Source: Macrostomum lignano (lineage: Eukaryota). Taken from it: DNA of 64,000 nt. Positions within the stretch are counted from its first letter, which is position 1; each line of letters begins with the position of its first letter. Made by a program: the position numbers and the translations under genes. A model generated the notes under the pieces. The model was not told where the DNA came from, searched no databases, and was given only the letters and a program-made list of their open reading frames with translations. Shown here piece by piece: positions 25,269-44,608 of the stretch. The stretch covers positions 62,001-126,000 of the forward strand of contig NIVC01000418.1 of the NCBI GenBank assembly GCA_002269645.1, written 5' to 3'.

Positions 25269-26027
25269 ATGGCCAGAGCGAGTGACGACTTTGACAGCTC
25301 GCTCACCGAATGCGGAATCTGCTTTGAGGAGATGAAAGACCCCAGGGCGTTGCCCTGCCTGCACTCATACTGCCTGGGCTGTCTGCAGGAGGTCTATCGC
25401 AGATCTGGCACACTCTGCTGTCCGGAGTGCCGCAAGCTGACCAACAAACGACCTGACCAGCTGACCAAGGACTTTCGAGTTGAGCAGCTGAGAGCCCTGT
25501 TTAATGCTGGACGAGTCCAGATGGCCCAAGAGGGAGCCAAACTGGCTAAAAGGATTCTACTTGAAGTGGACAGCAAAGCCGATCTGGAGCAGACGATCAG
25601 CGCTTGCGATTCGGAGCTGAAAAGATGCCGACTTGAGCAGGAGAAGAAGATCGCATCGCTAGGCAGCGCAATGGAGCTCCTCACTGACCAGGTGGGGAAC
25701 TGGGCCAACAAGCAGGTGTCCTACCTGAATAGGAGAAAACAATGGGCAGAGAACCAGCTCCAGGTTAGAACCCTGGCCGCTAACTTGCTGGCCGCAGAGA
25801 GACTGGGCAATCTGGACAGCGCCTGTGAGAGCTGCAAGCGGCTGCGGTCGATCCCATGCTATGAGGCACCGCCAAAATTGGATCAGCCGGCGTTTCTCCA
25901 GCCTGATGATCGTCTGATAAGGCTCTATGCTCAAGTGAAAAACCTAATTGAGCCATGTGGTCTGCAGGACAAAGTAAAGCTGCTCAGCCTCTTTCTAGAG
26001 GAGGAGTTCAAGGCTAGCAAGGATTAG
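25269..26027 (+). CDS. Intronless RING-HC finger + coiled-coil protein (TRIM-like without a B-box; putative E3 ligase), 252 aa
   Basis: CGICFEEMKDPRALPCLHSYCLGCL...CPECR is a C3HC4 pattern near the N-terminus, followed by a helical region. ATG at 25269 is preferred over the upstream non-ATG start used in the track. Confidence 0.88.
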   Translation: MARASDDFDSSLTECGICFEEMKDPRALPCLHSYCLGCLQEVYRRSGTLCCPECRKLTNKRPDQLTKDFRVEQLRALFNAGRVQMAQEGAKLAKRILLEVDSKADLEQTISACDSELKRCRLEQEKKIASLGSAMELLTDQVGNWANKQVSYLNRRKQWAENQLQVRTLAANLLAAERLGNLDSACESCKRLRSIPCYEAPPKLDQPAFLQPDDRLIRLYAQVKNLIEPCGLQDKVKLLSLFLEEEFKASKD

Positions 26028-26768
26028 GGATAATGGTAGGGACTCAGGGAGATTCTCAGAAAGACTGGGGAGCAGAGAGACAGGTTCAGGGAGACTGGGG
26101 CAGCAGAGAGGCCCAGGTTTAAGAATAATTATATGGATGAGAAGAGCTGCAAAACTTATCGAGAAAGCAAGCAGGACAAATTTCTATTTGTGCTCTTTTG
26201 GTACGCTTTAATCAGTAAAACAAATATTTATCCAATTTTTCAGTTTACTAGTACTCGTAGTAGCAAAGCAACGTTTTTATGGCTTTGATAGTTTTTAGTT
26301 TAGAAAAATTGACATATTTATTACCTCTGATGCTAAACTATTCAAAGAAATAACCTCGTGCCTTATTAATTTTAGTAATAAATACGAGCGATTGCTTTAA
26401 GTACGAAAATGTAGTGTCTTTTTTATTTTTTTGTGCAGAAATCTTATTTTGGATAGCTGGCCTGTGTATCGGGTGAACTGCTCAAGTAATGAGCGAGCCT
26501 AGCTTGAGAAAAAAAACAGACAAAAATAGCCAAGTGGATCGAAGTCAGACCTGGATCCGTGGCGCATGAATATTTGTTTTTGTGTTCTAAACAAAACTTA
26601 GGGATGTTGCTCGCATCAGTGAGTCATATTATACTACGTGAGGCCATATTGTAACAGGTGAGGCCATATCGTAATAACGGGTGAGGCCATATTGTAACAA
26701 CAGGTGAGGCCATAATATTATAACCGATGTGGCCACATTATAACAGGTGAGGCCATGCTATTGAAGTC

Positions 26769-27438
26769 CCAATTAGTCAATCACCTATCACATCAAATCC
26801 CAATTAGTCAGTCACCTGACACATCAAATCCCAATTAGTCAGTCACCTGACACATCAAATCCCAATTAGTCAGTCACCTGACACATCAAATCCCAATTAG
26901 TCAGTCACCTGACACATCAAATCCCAATTAGTCAGTCACCTGACACATCAAATCCCAATTAGTCAGTCACCTGACACATCAAATCCCAATTAGTCAGTCA
27001 CCTGACACATCAAATCCCAATTAGTCAGTCACCTGACACATCAAATCCCAATTAGTCAGTCACCTGACACATCAAATCCCAATTAGTCAGTCACCTGACA
27101 CATCAAATCCCAATTAGTCAATCACCTGACACATCAAATCCCAATTAGTCAGTCACCTGACACATCAAATACCCAATTAGTCAGTCACCTGACACATCAA
27201 ATACCCAATTAGTCAGTCACCTGACACATCAAATCCCAATTAGTCAATCACCTGACACATCAAATCCCAATTAGTCAGTCACCTGACACATCAAATACCC
27301 AATTAGTCAGTCACCTGACACATCAAATACCCAATTAGTCAGTCACCTGACACATCAAATTCCCAATTAGTCAGTCACCTGACACATCAAATACCCAATT
27401 AGTCAGTCACCTGACACATCAAATACCCAATTAGTCAA
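26769..27438. repeat. 31-bp minisatellite (CACCTGACACATCAAATCCCAATTAGTCAGT)
   Basis: About 21 highly similar copies sharing the CCAATTAGTCA.T.ACCTGA.AC core with the 23572 array. Confidence 0.95.
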
Positions 27439-27489
27439 TGATAGTTTTGCACTACTTGCAGCGGCCCTTCTCCAGCAGCAGCTTTGGAG

Positions 27490-30387
27490 TCACTGCGAGC
27501 TGGCACTGTCGGAGCCGCGGTTCCGCCGGCACCCCAGCTGAGCCCTGAACGCTGGCACCCGGATGCAGTAGATCAGCCAGTTCAGCGAGCTGTTGATGAA
27601 GAACAGGTAATTGAAGTTGTTAGCCAGCGAGAACAGAAGCTGCTGGAAGGTCGGATCGGCGCGACGCTCCTCGTCTTGGGTGTACAGCGTGAAGTGCCAG
27701 GTGTAGGCCACCACCCGCGGCACCGAGGCGGCGAGGTGTACGAAGGCGAGGATCACCAAGGTGACGCTGCTTCGAAGCTCGCCACTGCTTGGCCCGCTGT
27801 CGCTGCCGGTGAGGCGGGCTTTGTCGAAGTGAATCTTGCGGATCCGAGCGCACAGGTAGATGTTGGCCGAGGCGAGACAGACCCCGGCCAGCAAGCCATT
27901 CATCACCACGTTGGTGTACACCTGGACGGCCATGTTGACTGCCGGACTGACCGTCAGGGCCACGTAGCAATAGCGAGACCCGAAGTACTCGTAGGCGTCG
28001 TACACCAGCACGCCGTGGACAGCGATGACGGCAAAGGCTAGGACGAATGCGGCTACGGTGACTGAGTACCTGAGGTTGGGCGATGGGGCTTGCCGATGTT
28101 TCTAGGGAATGATTAACTAAGGGGAACTGTTGCTCCTCGGTGGAAGGCTTGAAGAAGATTAAATGGCGCACTTTAAGCGACATTGTCACACAACCAACGA
28201 GAGGCATTGCTGCCCATTCCGCCGACTCCCCTGAGCAGGCACACAAGAGCACAGGCACACACTCACACAGGAGTGTACAGCGGCCCTAACTTTATTCTAT
28301 CGTTAGGCATGTACACTTCACTGCGCCTTGGGGGGTTGGCCCTCAAGGCCGTTAATTGCACGAGCAGAGCCAAGCCGAGATTCCATTTCAGCCCCAAATC
28401 AATGTGACTGCACTGGGAATCGAGCCTGGGTCGCTGGCACATCATAACGCCGTGCCAGGAACACTGAGCTACGGCCTTCGTTTGAAGTGAACAGTGGGGC
28501 TTCACTATGCTATAAGCTCTAAAAGAAGAAATTACGATTAATCAAGTCTTCACCTGGTCCTCGCCATGTGCACCCGGTGGTGCATAGGCCAGCTCAACGC
28601 GTAGACTCGGTCGGCGGCCAGCAGGCAGAGAAAGTTGGACGACAGGCTGTTGCTGAGGATCCAGAAGAAGGACCACAACTGGCAAACCCAGCCCAGCTGC
28701 ACCTGCGGCATCTGGAGGCCCAGGCCGGAGCTCAGAAACTCGCGAGAGAGCAGCCTGAGGGTTGAGGGAATGCAGTCGAGTTGGTGAAAGAATGAATGAA
28801 TGAATGAATAAATAAATGAATGAATGAATAAACGAATGAATAAATGAATGAATGAATAAATAAATAAATAAATAACTGAATGAGTGATGAAGGAAGAAAT
28901 TAAGAAATTAAGAAATTAATAAAAGCATGAGCGAAAAGAAAGCTTGATATATGCCGAATATTTTACAAAAGTACAGCGAGAGCTTGTTTTACTTAGAAAA
29001 TGATTGCTATTAAATGTAATTACTTTCGCAGTAATTATTTCTTTTTGACAAAAAATCGATATAATGATCTGATGATCTGAAATAAAAATGAGAAGCCCTT
29101 TGGTTGGCAGATAGATTAGGTTCAGACAGGGACTGAATTCAATTTAATAGAGCCCCAACTGGGATAATTTGCAAAGGATTCTAGCGGCTCAGAATGTCCC
29201 GAGTGGACTGTCACAGACACATCTTGTGTCCGGATTCTGTGTCACAGTTTCGTCTCACAGATCCCCGAGTTTTTTCGTTGCTTCCCTTAGAATTACATCA
29301 ATGCTGTCAGTTCCAGTTTCTAAGGCTGCGTGCACTGAAAGCTTGGTTCATGGAAGCTGAGCTCTCATCGTTCTGCACCCATGTTTGGGACGTTGTGCAC
29401 CATGCTGTCAACGTCCTGCACCATGCTGTCAACGTCCTGCACCATACTGTCAACGTCCTGCACCATGCTGTCAACGTCCTGCACCATGCTGTCAACGTCC
29501 TGCACCATGCTGTCAACGTCCTGAAACATGCTGTCAACGTCCTGCACCATATTGTCAACCTCCTGTACCATTCTCTGAATGACCTGCACCATACACTCAA
29601 CGTTCAACTTGTACCAGAAGCTCTACTTGTACCAGAGGCTCTGTTTGTACCAGAAGCTCTACTTGTACCAGAAGCTATATTTGTACCAGAAGCTCTACTT
29701 GTACCAGAAGCTCTACTTGTACCAGAAGCTCTATTCGTAAGAGAAGCTCTACTTGTACATTAATTTGGGGCTGAATTGGAATCTCGGCTTGGCTCTGCTC
29801 GTGCAATTAACGGCCTTGAGAGCCAACCCCCCAAGGCGCAGTGAAGTGTACATGCCCAACGATAATATAAAGTTAGAGCCGCTGTACACTCCTGTGTGAG
29901 TGTGTGCCTGCGTACGTATCCGCGCGCTTGTATGCCTGCTCAGGGGAGTCGGCGGAATGGGCAGTAATGCCTCTCGCCGGTTGTGAGCCTATGTCGCTTA
30001 AAGTGCGCCAGGGTGCACACAACCCCTGCTTCTAATAAAAATAATAATCTATTTGTACCAGAAGCTCTACTTGTACCAGCAGCTCTATTCGTACCAGAAG
30101 CTTTATAAAATGCGAAATTCTACGCCTAACGCCAGTTCCTCACGTGCAGACGGCGGTGATCATGTCAGCCGCAGCCAAGCAGCACAGCACGAGATCCTTG
30201 CCCTTCACTCGACGCCAGGACCTGATGGCACAGTACAGCACCACGGCCGCGCCAACGATGGCCAGAAGAGAGAGCGATGGTGCCGCGTACAAGCGAAGAT
30301 AGTTGAGCACTTTGTTGGATGCGGTCAGAGCGGACAGGAGAGTTGGACTTCTGGCGTTCCTGCCGCTACTCGCTGTAGTAGCATTTA
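27490..30387 (-). CDS. Rhodopsin-family (class A) peptide-type GPCR; start exon not located
   Basis: Exons 30387-30144 (NATT, TM1, LAAAD in TM2), 28754-28554 (TM3 with DRV) and 28069-27490 (TM4-7, NSSLNWLIY). Phases are consistent. Confidence 0.88.
28164..28476 (-). mobile_element. tRNA-derived SINE family A, most complete copy (head resembles tRNA-His)
   Basis: Head GGCCGTAGCTCAGTG...GCGTTATG...CAGCGACCCAGGCTCGATTCCCAGTGCAGTCA has A-box-like and B-box-like motifs. Confidence 0.8.
29392..29760. repeat. Adjacent 21-bp (CACCATGCTGTCAACGTCCTG) and 18-bp (CTTGTACCAGAAGCTCTA) minisatellites in a GPCR intron
   Basis: Directly visible; they explain the HHAVNVL and VPEALL ORFs. Confidence 0.9.
29760..30027 (+). 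mobile_element. SINE family A, headless copy
   Basis: Body matches 9430-9709. Confidence 0.75.
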
Positions 30388-30461
30388 CTGTAAAGGTTAT
30401 AAGAGTTAGCCTTTGCTGCAGTGACTTCCATGCCTATATGACTTCCCAGTCTTCACACAAC

Positions 30462-31748
30462 CGATGACAGTCAGTTTTGACAACACGAAAATCCACTTTT
30501 AAAAACACATCCCTGACAGTCCAGTTTTAATAACACACTCATGACAATCCAGTCTTGACAACGCATCCATCACAATCCAGTTTTGACAACACATCCATGA
30601 CAATCCAGTTTTGACAAGACATCCCTGACAATCCAGTTTTGACAACACGAAAATCCACTTTCAAAAACACATCCCTGACAGTCCAGTTTTAATAAAACAC
30701 TCATGACAATCCAGTTTTGACAACGCACAATCCAGTCTTGACAACGCATCCATGACAATCCAGTTTTGACAATACATCCCTGACTAATCCAGTTTTGACA
30801 ACACATCCCTGACAATCCAGTTTTGACAACACACTCATGACAATCCATTTTTGACAACACATCCATGACAATCCAGTTTTGACAACACATCTGTTAACAA
30901 GAGATTCTTAAGATCTGAGAACTCAGCACTTGGCGGCTAGCCTCGCAATTGACAATCGTAGCAGACAACAAAATCACCAAGGGGGTAAGCGCAGTCTACT
31001 CTTGAGCTAGGTATATTTATTCTCAATATAATATATGGCGGAGTTGACACAGGCTTTAGCGGGGGGGGGGTTGTAAGTGTGCATGACTTACTATGTACTC
31101 GTACGTCTAACCAAATCAGAATGGGGGGTGAGAAAGTGGCGTGAGGCGCGGAGGGGGGCAGGTAAATTAGCTAGGCAAATGATGAGTAATAGTACAGAAG
31201 TACAATGAAATAAGCAAAACCTTTACTCTTCAATCCAACATCCATGACAATCCAGTTTTGACAACACATCCATGACAATCCATTTTTGACAACACATCCA
31301 TGACAATCCAGTTTTGATAACACATCCCTGACAATCCAGTTTTGACAACACATCCATGACAATCCAGTTTTGACAACACATCCATGACAATCCATTTTTG
31401 ACAACACATCCATGACAATCCAGTTTTGACAACACATCCATGACAATCCAGTTTTGACAACACATCCATGACAATCCAGTTTTGATAACACATCCCTGAC
31501 AATCCAGTTTTGACAACACATCCATGACAATCCAGTTTTGACAACACATCCATGACAATCCATTTTTGACAACACATCCATGACAATCCAGTTTTGACAA
31601 CACATCCATGACAATCCAGTTTTGACAACACATCCATGACAATCCAGTTTTGATAACACATCCCTGACAATCCAGTTTTGACAACACATCCATGACAATC
31701 CAGTTTTGACAACACATCCCTGACAATCCAGTTTTGATAACACATCCA
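30462..31748. repeat. 28-bp minisatellite (CATGACAATCCAGTTTTGACAACACATC) in two blocks, 30462-30895 and 31236-31748
   Basis: Directly visible. Confidence 0.93.
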
Positions 31749-32157
31749 CGAAAATCCTATGTTGACAAAATAGGAATTACAAATTTGAAAAGTAACTTCT
31801 CTATAACATACTTACCCATCTCTACAAAGTTATTGAAGTTTTTTCAATTATTGAACGATTCTTTAAAATTCAGGAATAAATAAGGCTATCAAATTTAAAT
31901 TTTTTGTGTTTAAATGGGAAAACGCTGCCCACCCCCCCCCCTGTCTCATCGTGTGTTTTAACTGGCCAATAGAGGGCGGGCCACTGCTCAAGAGGTGAAA
32001 GCAGACCAGCAGCTGGAGTTCTGAGATTTTAATCTGATTTTATGTTGGGATAGAAATCTACTAGTATCCAAAAAACACTTGATGCATTGTACTTATAAGG
32101 TTCTGCTTTTGAGCTCATTGCAGCCGTCTAAATGAGAGAAAACAATTAGAAATATGG

Positions 32158-32990
32158 GTTTATGGACGCCCAATGGATTCATGGACACCCAAATGTTCAT
32201 GGACACCCAATGGGTTCATGGACACTCAATATGTTCATGGACACTCAATAGGTTCATAGACACCCAATGGGTTCATGGACACTCAATAGGTTCATAGACA
32301 CCCAATGGATTCATGGACACTTAATATGTTCATGGACACCCAATGGATTCATGGACACCCAAATGTTCATAGACACCCAATGGGTTCATGGACACTCAAT
32401 AGGTTCATAGACACCCAATGGATTCATGGACACTTAATATGTTCATGGACACCCAATGGATTCATGGACACTTAATATGTTCATGGACACCCAATGGGTT
32501 CATGGACACTCAATAGGTTCATAGACACCCAATGGGTTCATGGACACTCAATAGGTTCATAGACACCCAATGGATTCATGGACACTTAATATGTTCATGG
32601 ACACCCAATGGATTCATGGACACCCAAATGTTCATGGACACCCAATGGGTTCATGGACACTCAATAGGTTCATAGACACCCAATGGATTCATGGACACTT
32701 AATATGTTCATGGACACCCAATGGATTCATGGACACCCAAATGTTCATGGACACCCAATGGGTTCATGGACACTCAATAGGTTCATAGACACCCAATGGG
32801 TTCATGGACACTCAATGGATTCATGGACACTCAATATGTTCATAGACACCCAATGGATTCATGGACACTTAATATGTTCATGGACACCCAATGGGTTCAT
32901 GGACACCCAATGGATTCATGGACACTCAATATGTTCATGGACACTCAATATGTTCATGGACACTCAATATGTTCATGGACACCCACTGGG
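32158..32990. repeat. 19-bp minisatellite (ATGGACACCCAATGGGTTC)
   Basis: About 43 copies. Confidence 0.95.
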
Positions 32991-33693
32991 TTCAGTGGAA
33001 CGGGACTGTCGTATTGATTTTCAGAAGTGCTCAAGGGCCCATGCAAAACAACAAAAAACTAAATAACATGAGTTCTCCCTGCTAGCTCGTATCCCTAGCT
33101 TCTGTTTGAAAGCGCGGCATGAAATCGAACTTTCATGTGAGAAATTTTCAAATCCGTAACACCCAAAGGACGGTCACGTTTTGAGCTGCTGAGATATTTG
33201 AGAACGAAATAAATATAAAAATAGGGAAGCTTAACCGAATATAAGTGCTGCTCAACCGGTACAACAAGCTCTCTATGGCCAAAACTCTATTTAAACTGGC
33301 CATCAACTGGCCAGAAATTTCAGAAGTTTTACAGAAAACTCAAGTGCAGTCTACGGTAGTAGGTGAAGCCAGGCAAAAGGACATGGTATCACACAGTACT
33401 TTGCCCTCCAGTTAACCCCTGATAGACGTACTTACAAAAAATTTTGTCCCCAACCTGCTGCTAGCACAAAAACGACCTCACGCCAGAAAGAAGTTCTTTT
33501 AAAATAGAATACGCGAGGCAGAAAACTATGAGCATGCGCATGCATCTGCTGTCTGAGCAGGAATTACAAGACTAGAGGTGCATGTAATCTGAGTTTTGGG
33601 ATGGGCCGCTCAGTCTCGTAACTTTGATGTCGTGGGTTTTTCATTGATTATGAAAATCAAACAAAGTTTGACAAATTTAGCAAACATGGCCTT

Positions 33694-34010
<317 letters not shown>

Positions 34011-34092
34011 TCGATATTCATAAGGCAGTTTGAAACTGCAAACCACGCACTCGGAAGATATTGAAGGTTACCAGTTGTCGAATGTTCGAAAA

Positions 34093-34133
34093 AAACCGAT
34101 ATTTCGGCCCAGACTGGGCCTTCGTCAGGGTTT
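34093..34133 (-). ncRNA. Minimal type I hammerhead ribozyme motif, copy 1
   Basis: AAACC CUGACGA A GGCCCA-GUC-UGGGCC GAAA UA UC^GGUUU. Stem I is AAACC/GGUUU, stem II has 6 bp, stem III is the palindrome AUAU, and the cleavage triplet is AUC. Confidence 0.8.
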
Positions 34134-35167
34134 ATTTATTCGGGTTTAAAAACAAATATATTGGCAGTGAAGTTATTGTAACATAATTTCAATATATATA
34201 TATGCGACTTTTGGGGGTGCACTGAGCAGTGTTGAGTAAAGATGTGTACGCATAATTAGCTAAAAACGTGAGTTGAAGCACGCTGATTGGTTAAAGATTG
34301 GCAGCTTAAAGCCTTGCACAAAAAATATTAAAGATGTTAGGTGCTATAGAAAAACAGATTTAGAGCGTAGAAGTGTATGAATAAGCATCTTGAAAAGTTC
34401 AACAAATAAGTTATTTACGCCCGTAGAATTGAGAACAAATATTAAATTAAAACAGAGCACTGAGAACTTTGAGAACTGAGAAAATTGAGTCGCCAGGCAG
34501 GCCACTAGTTGCAGTTGGCGGCGTCTGGTCACAGATCGCCGCCTGCACAGCCCCTGGTCACAGGCGACTGGGCACTGCAGATCAGTTGAGGCTAGATTAT
34601 CAGTAGTAGTAGCACTAGTAGTTGCAGTAGTAGCTCGTAGTAGTAGTAATGGAAGTAGTAGTAGTACAAGTATTAGTAGAGTAGTAGTAGAGCAGTCGTA
34701 GGCGTAGTCGTAGTAGAGACGTACTGGTAAGCAGTTATTTGAAGTAGCCAGGCAGGCCACTAGTCGCAGTTGGCGGCGTCTGGTCACAGATCGCCGCCTG
34801 CACAGCCCCTGGTCACAGGCGACTGGGCACTGCGGATCAGTTGAAGCTAGATTTTCAGTAGTAGTAGCACTAGTAGTTGCAGTAGTAGTAGTAGTGGTAG
34901 TAGAGTAGTAGTAGTACAGTCGTAGTCGTAGCCGTAGTCGTAGTAGTGTCGTGCGTCTTAAATATTCAGCTGCAGAAATAGTACTCTTGCTTATCCCAAG
35001 TAGATTTTTGGCGGAGAATAGCTCGTATACGAAGATATTTTGTTGACAAACATGGCGAGCCTCAATAATAGTCCGGTCCTGGGTACAGATATTCATAAGG
35101 CAGTTTGAAACTGCAAACCACGCACTCGGAAGATATTGAAGGTTACCAGTTGTCGAATGTTCGAAAA

Positions 35168-35208
35168 AAACCGATATTTCGGCCCAGACTGGGCCTTCGT
35201 CAGGGTTT
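35168..35208 (-). ncRNA. Minimal type I hammerhead ribozyme motif, copy 2
   Basis: Identical to copy 1, offset by 1075 bp. Confidence 0.8.
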
Positions 35209-36242
35209 ATTTATTCGGGTTTAAAAACAAATATATTGGCAGTGAAGTTATTGTAACATAATTTCAATATATATATATGCGACTTTTGGGGGTGCACTGA
35301 GCAGTGTTGAGTAAAGATGTGTACGCATAATTAGCTAAAAACGTGAGTTGAAGCACGCTGATTGGTTAAAGATTGGCAGCTTAAAGCCTTGCACAAAAAA
35401 TATTAAAGATGTTAGGTGCTATAGAAAAACAGATTTAGAGCGTAGAAGTGTATGAATAAGCATCTTGAAAAGTTCAACAAATAAGTTATTTACGCCCGTA
35501 GAATTGAGAACAAATATTAAATTAAAACAGAGCACTGAGAACTTTGAGAACTGAGAAAATTGAGTCGCCAGGCAGGCCACTAGTTGCAGTTGGCGGCGTC
35601 TGGTCACAGATCGCCGCCTGCACAGCCCCTGGTCACAGGCGACTGGGCACTGCAGATCAGTTGAGGCTAGATTATCAGTAGTAGTAGCACTAGTAGTTGC
35701 AGTAGTAGCTCGTAGTAGTAGTAATGGAAGTAGTAGTAGTACAAGTATTAGTAGAGTAGTAGTAGAGCAGTCGTAGGCGTAGTCGTAGTAGAGACGTACT
35801 GGTAAGCAGTTATTTGAAGTAGCCAGGCAGGCCACTAGTCGCAGTTGGCGGCGTCTGGTCCCAGATCGCCGCCTGCACAGCCCCTGGTCACAGGCGACTG
35901 GGCACTGCGGATCAGTTGAAGCTAGATTTTCAGTAGTAGTAGCACTAGTAGTTGCAGTAGTAGTAGTAGTGGTAGTAGAGTAGTAGTAGTACAGTCGTAG
36001 TCGTAGCCGTAGTCGTAGTAGTGTCGTGCGTCTTAAATATTCAGCTGCAGAAATAGTACTCTTGCTTATCCCAAGTAGATTTTTGGCGGAGAATAGCTCG
36101 TATACGAAGATATTTTGTTGACAAACATGGCGAGCCTCAATAATAGTCCGGTCCTGGGTACAGATATTCATAAGGCAGTTTGAAACTGCAAACCACGCAC
36201 TCGGAAGATATTGAAGGTTACCAGTTGTCGAATGTTCGAAAA

Positions 36243-36283
36243 AAACCGATATTTCGGCCCAGACTGGGCCTTCGTCAGGGTTT
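36243..36283 (-). ncRNA. Minimal type I hammerhead ribozyme motif, copy 3
   Basis: Identical to copy 1, offset by 2150 bp. Confidence 0.8.
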
Positions 36284-36335
36284 ATTTATTCGGGTTTAAA
36301 AACAAATATATTGGCAGTGAAGTTATTGTAACTTT

Positions 36336-36681
<346 letters not shown>

Positions 36682-37254
36682 CTCTTCCCGCCAAAAGACC
36701 CTTGCTACACTCGTGCATTGTGCTCATGCTGGGGCAGTGAACTCGAATCTGCATGTATGACCATGTTTCTGCATGGTTGACACGACTTCATTCGATAGCG
36801 GGTATGACACTACTGAACAAAACGTAACGAACTCAAGTCAATAAGAAACCCAATTCCAACAGTTAACAATTTAGAAATCAACAATGTGAAAAATCAGATC
36901 AATTATATTCAGACCTTTTAATTTGTCTATATAAATATATATTGGCAATTATTTAATCTAGTGTTTGACATTTGAGTCACGGGGAAGGCAATTGTTAGTG
37001 CATTGTTTAACCACAATTACGCAAAAGCAGTGACATGGTTAATCAGTGTGGCTAATTTCTGCTTCATTAAAAACACTTCCGGTTATTAGAGGTCATCACC
37101 ACACAGAAAATGCTTGTGACAACAATATTTTGGAGTAGACAGCCAATTAATAATGGATTGTTGCCCTCGAACAACGGGCTTTTGGGGAATTCTTGAATTT
37201 AAAAATAATGCTGAACAAAATGGGGGTTTGATGAGTCATTCCGTTTTGTCAGGG

Positions 37255-37460
37255 GCGATTTTTATGGCTGGGTCAAAGGTGATTTTTATGGCTGGGTCAG
37301 AGGCGATTCTTATGGCTGGGTCAGAGGCGATTCTTATGGCTGGGTCAGGGGGGCGATTCTTATTGCTTGGTCAGGGGGGCGATTCTTATGGCTTGGTCAG
37401 GGGGGCGATTCTTATGGCTTGGTCAGAGGCGATTTTTATGGCTTGGTCAGAGCCGATTCT
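37255..37460. repeat. 24-bp minisatellite (CTTATGGCTGGGTCAGAGGCGATT)
   Basis: About 8 degenerate copies. Confidence 0.85.
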
Positions 37461-37664
37461 TGTTATTTATTAATGTTATGTTATTTGGGTTTATTAGACA
37501 GGTGTTCAAGCAGGTGTTAAATATGCAGGCAATTAAGACTCTAAAGCAAGAACATAACAACAATGCAGACTCTAAGCCGTTTAAAATCAGTTTTTAAAAA
37601 TTGCTAATAAATATTTTGAAACTAAAAATCAAACAAAGCAGACATAAAACCCAGTCTAGAGAGG

Positions 37665-44608
<6,944 letters not shown>

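Larger units (their letters stand above)
34013..36332 (-). mobile_element. Tandem 1075-bp non-coding element (A-B-A-B-A, A = 170 bp) with hammerhead ribozymes; Penelope-like non-autonomous or retrozyme-like
   Basis: Units start at 34013, 35088 and 36163 and are nearly identical. Each A block has AATAAA followed by a hammerhead core. A CCAAT box and a TATA-like run lie at the end of B, just upstream of A on the minus strand. Confidence 0.8.

Noticed and set aside
28405-28476. Possible tRNA gene
   Set aside because: Imperfect stems and direct continuation into a repeated body indicate a SINE head. The same applies to 53850-53909.
29194-33066. His-rich, Cys-rich and WIHGH-repeat ORFs
   Set aside because: They derive from the 21, 18, 28 and 19-bp satellites, in intronic or intergenic positions, without splice or codon support.
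34344-36171. Duplicated 250-aa ORF in the 1075-bp unit
   Set aside because: Low-complexity TAC/CTA-derived sequence with an internal duplication, a non-ATG start and no RT or GIY-YIG motifs.
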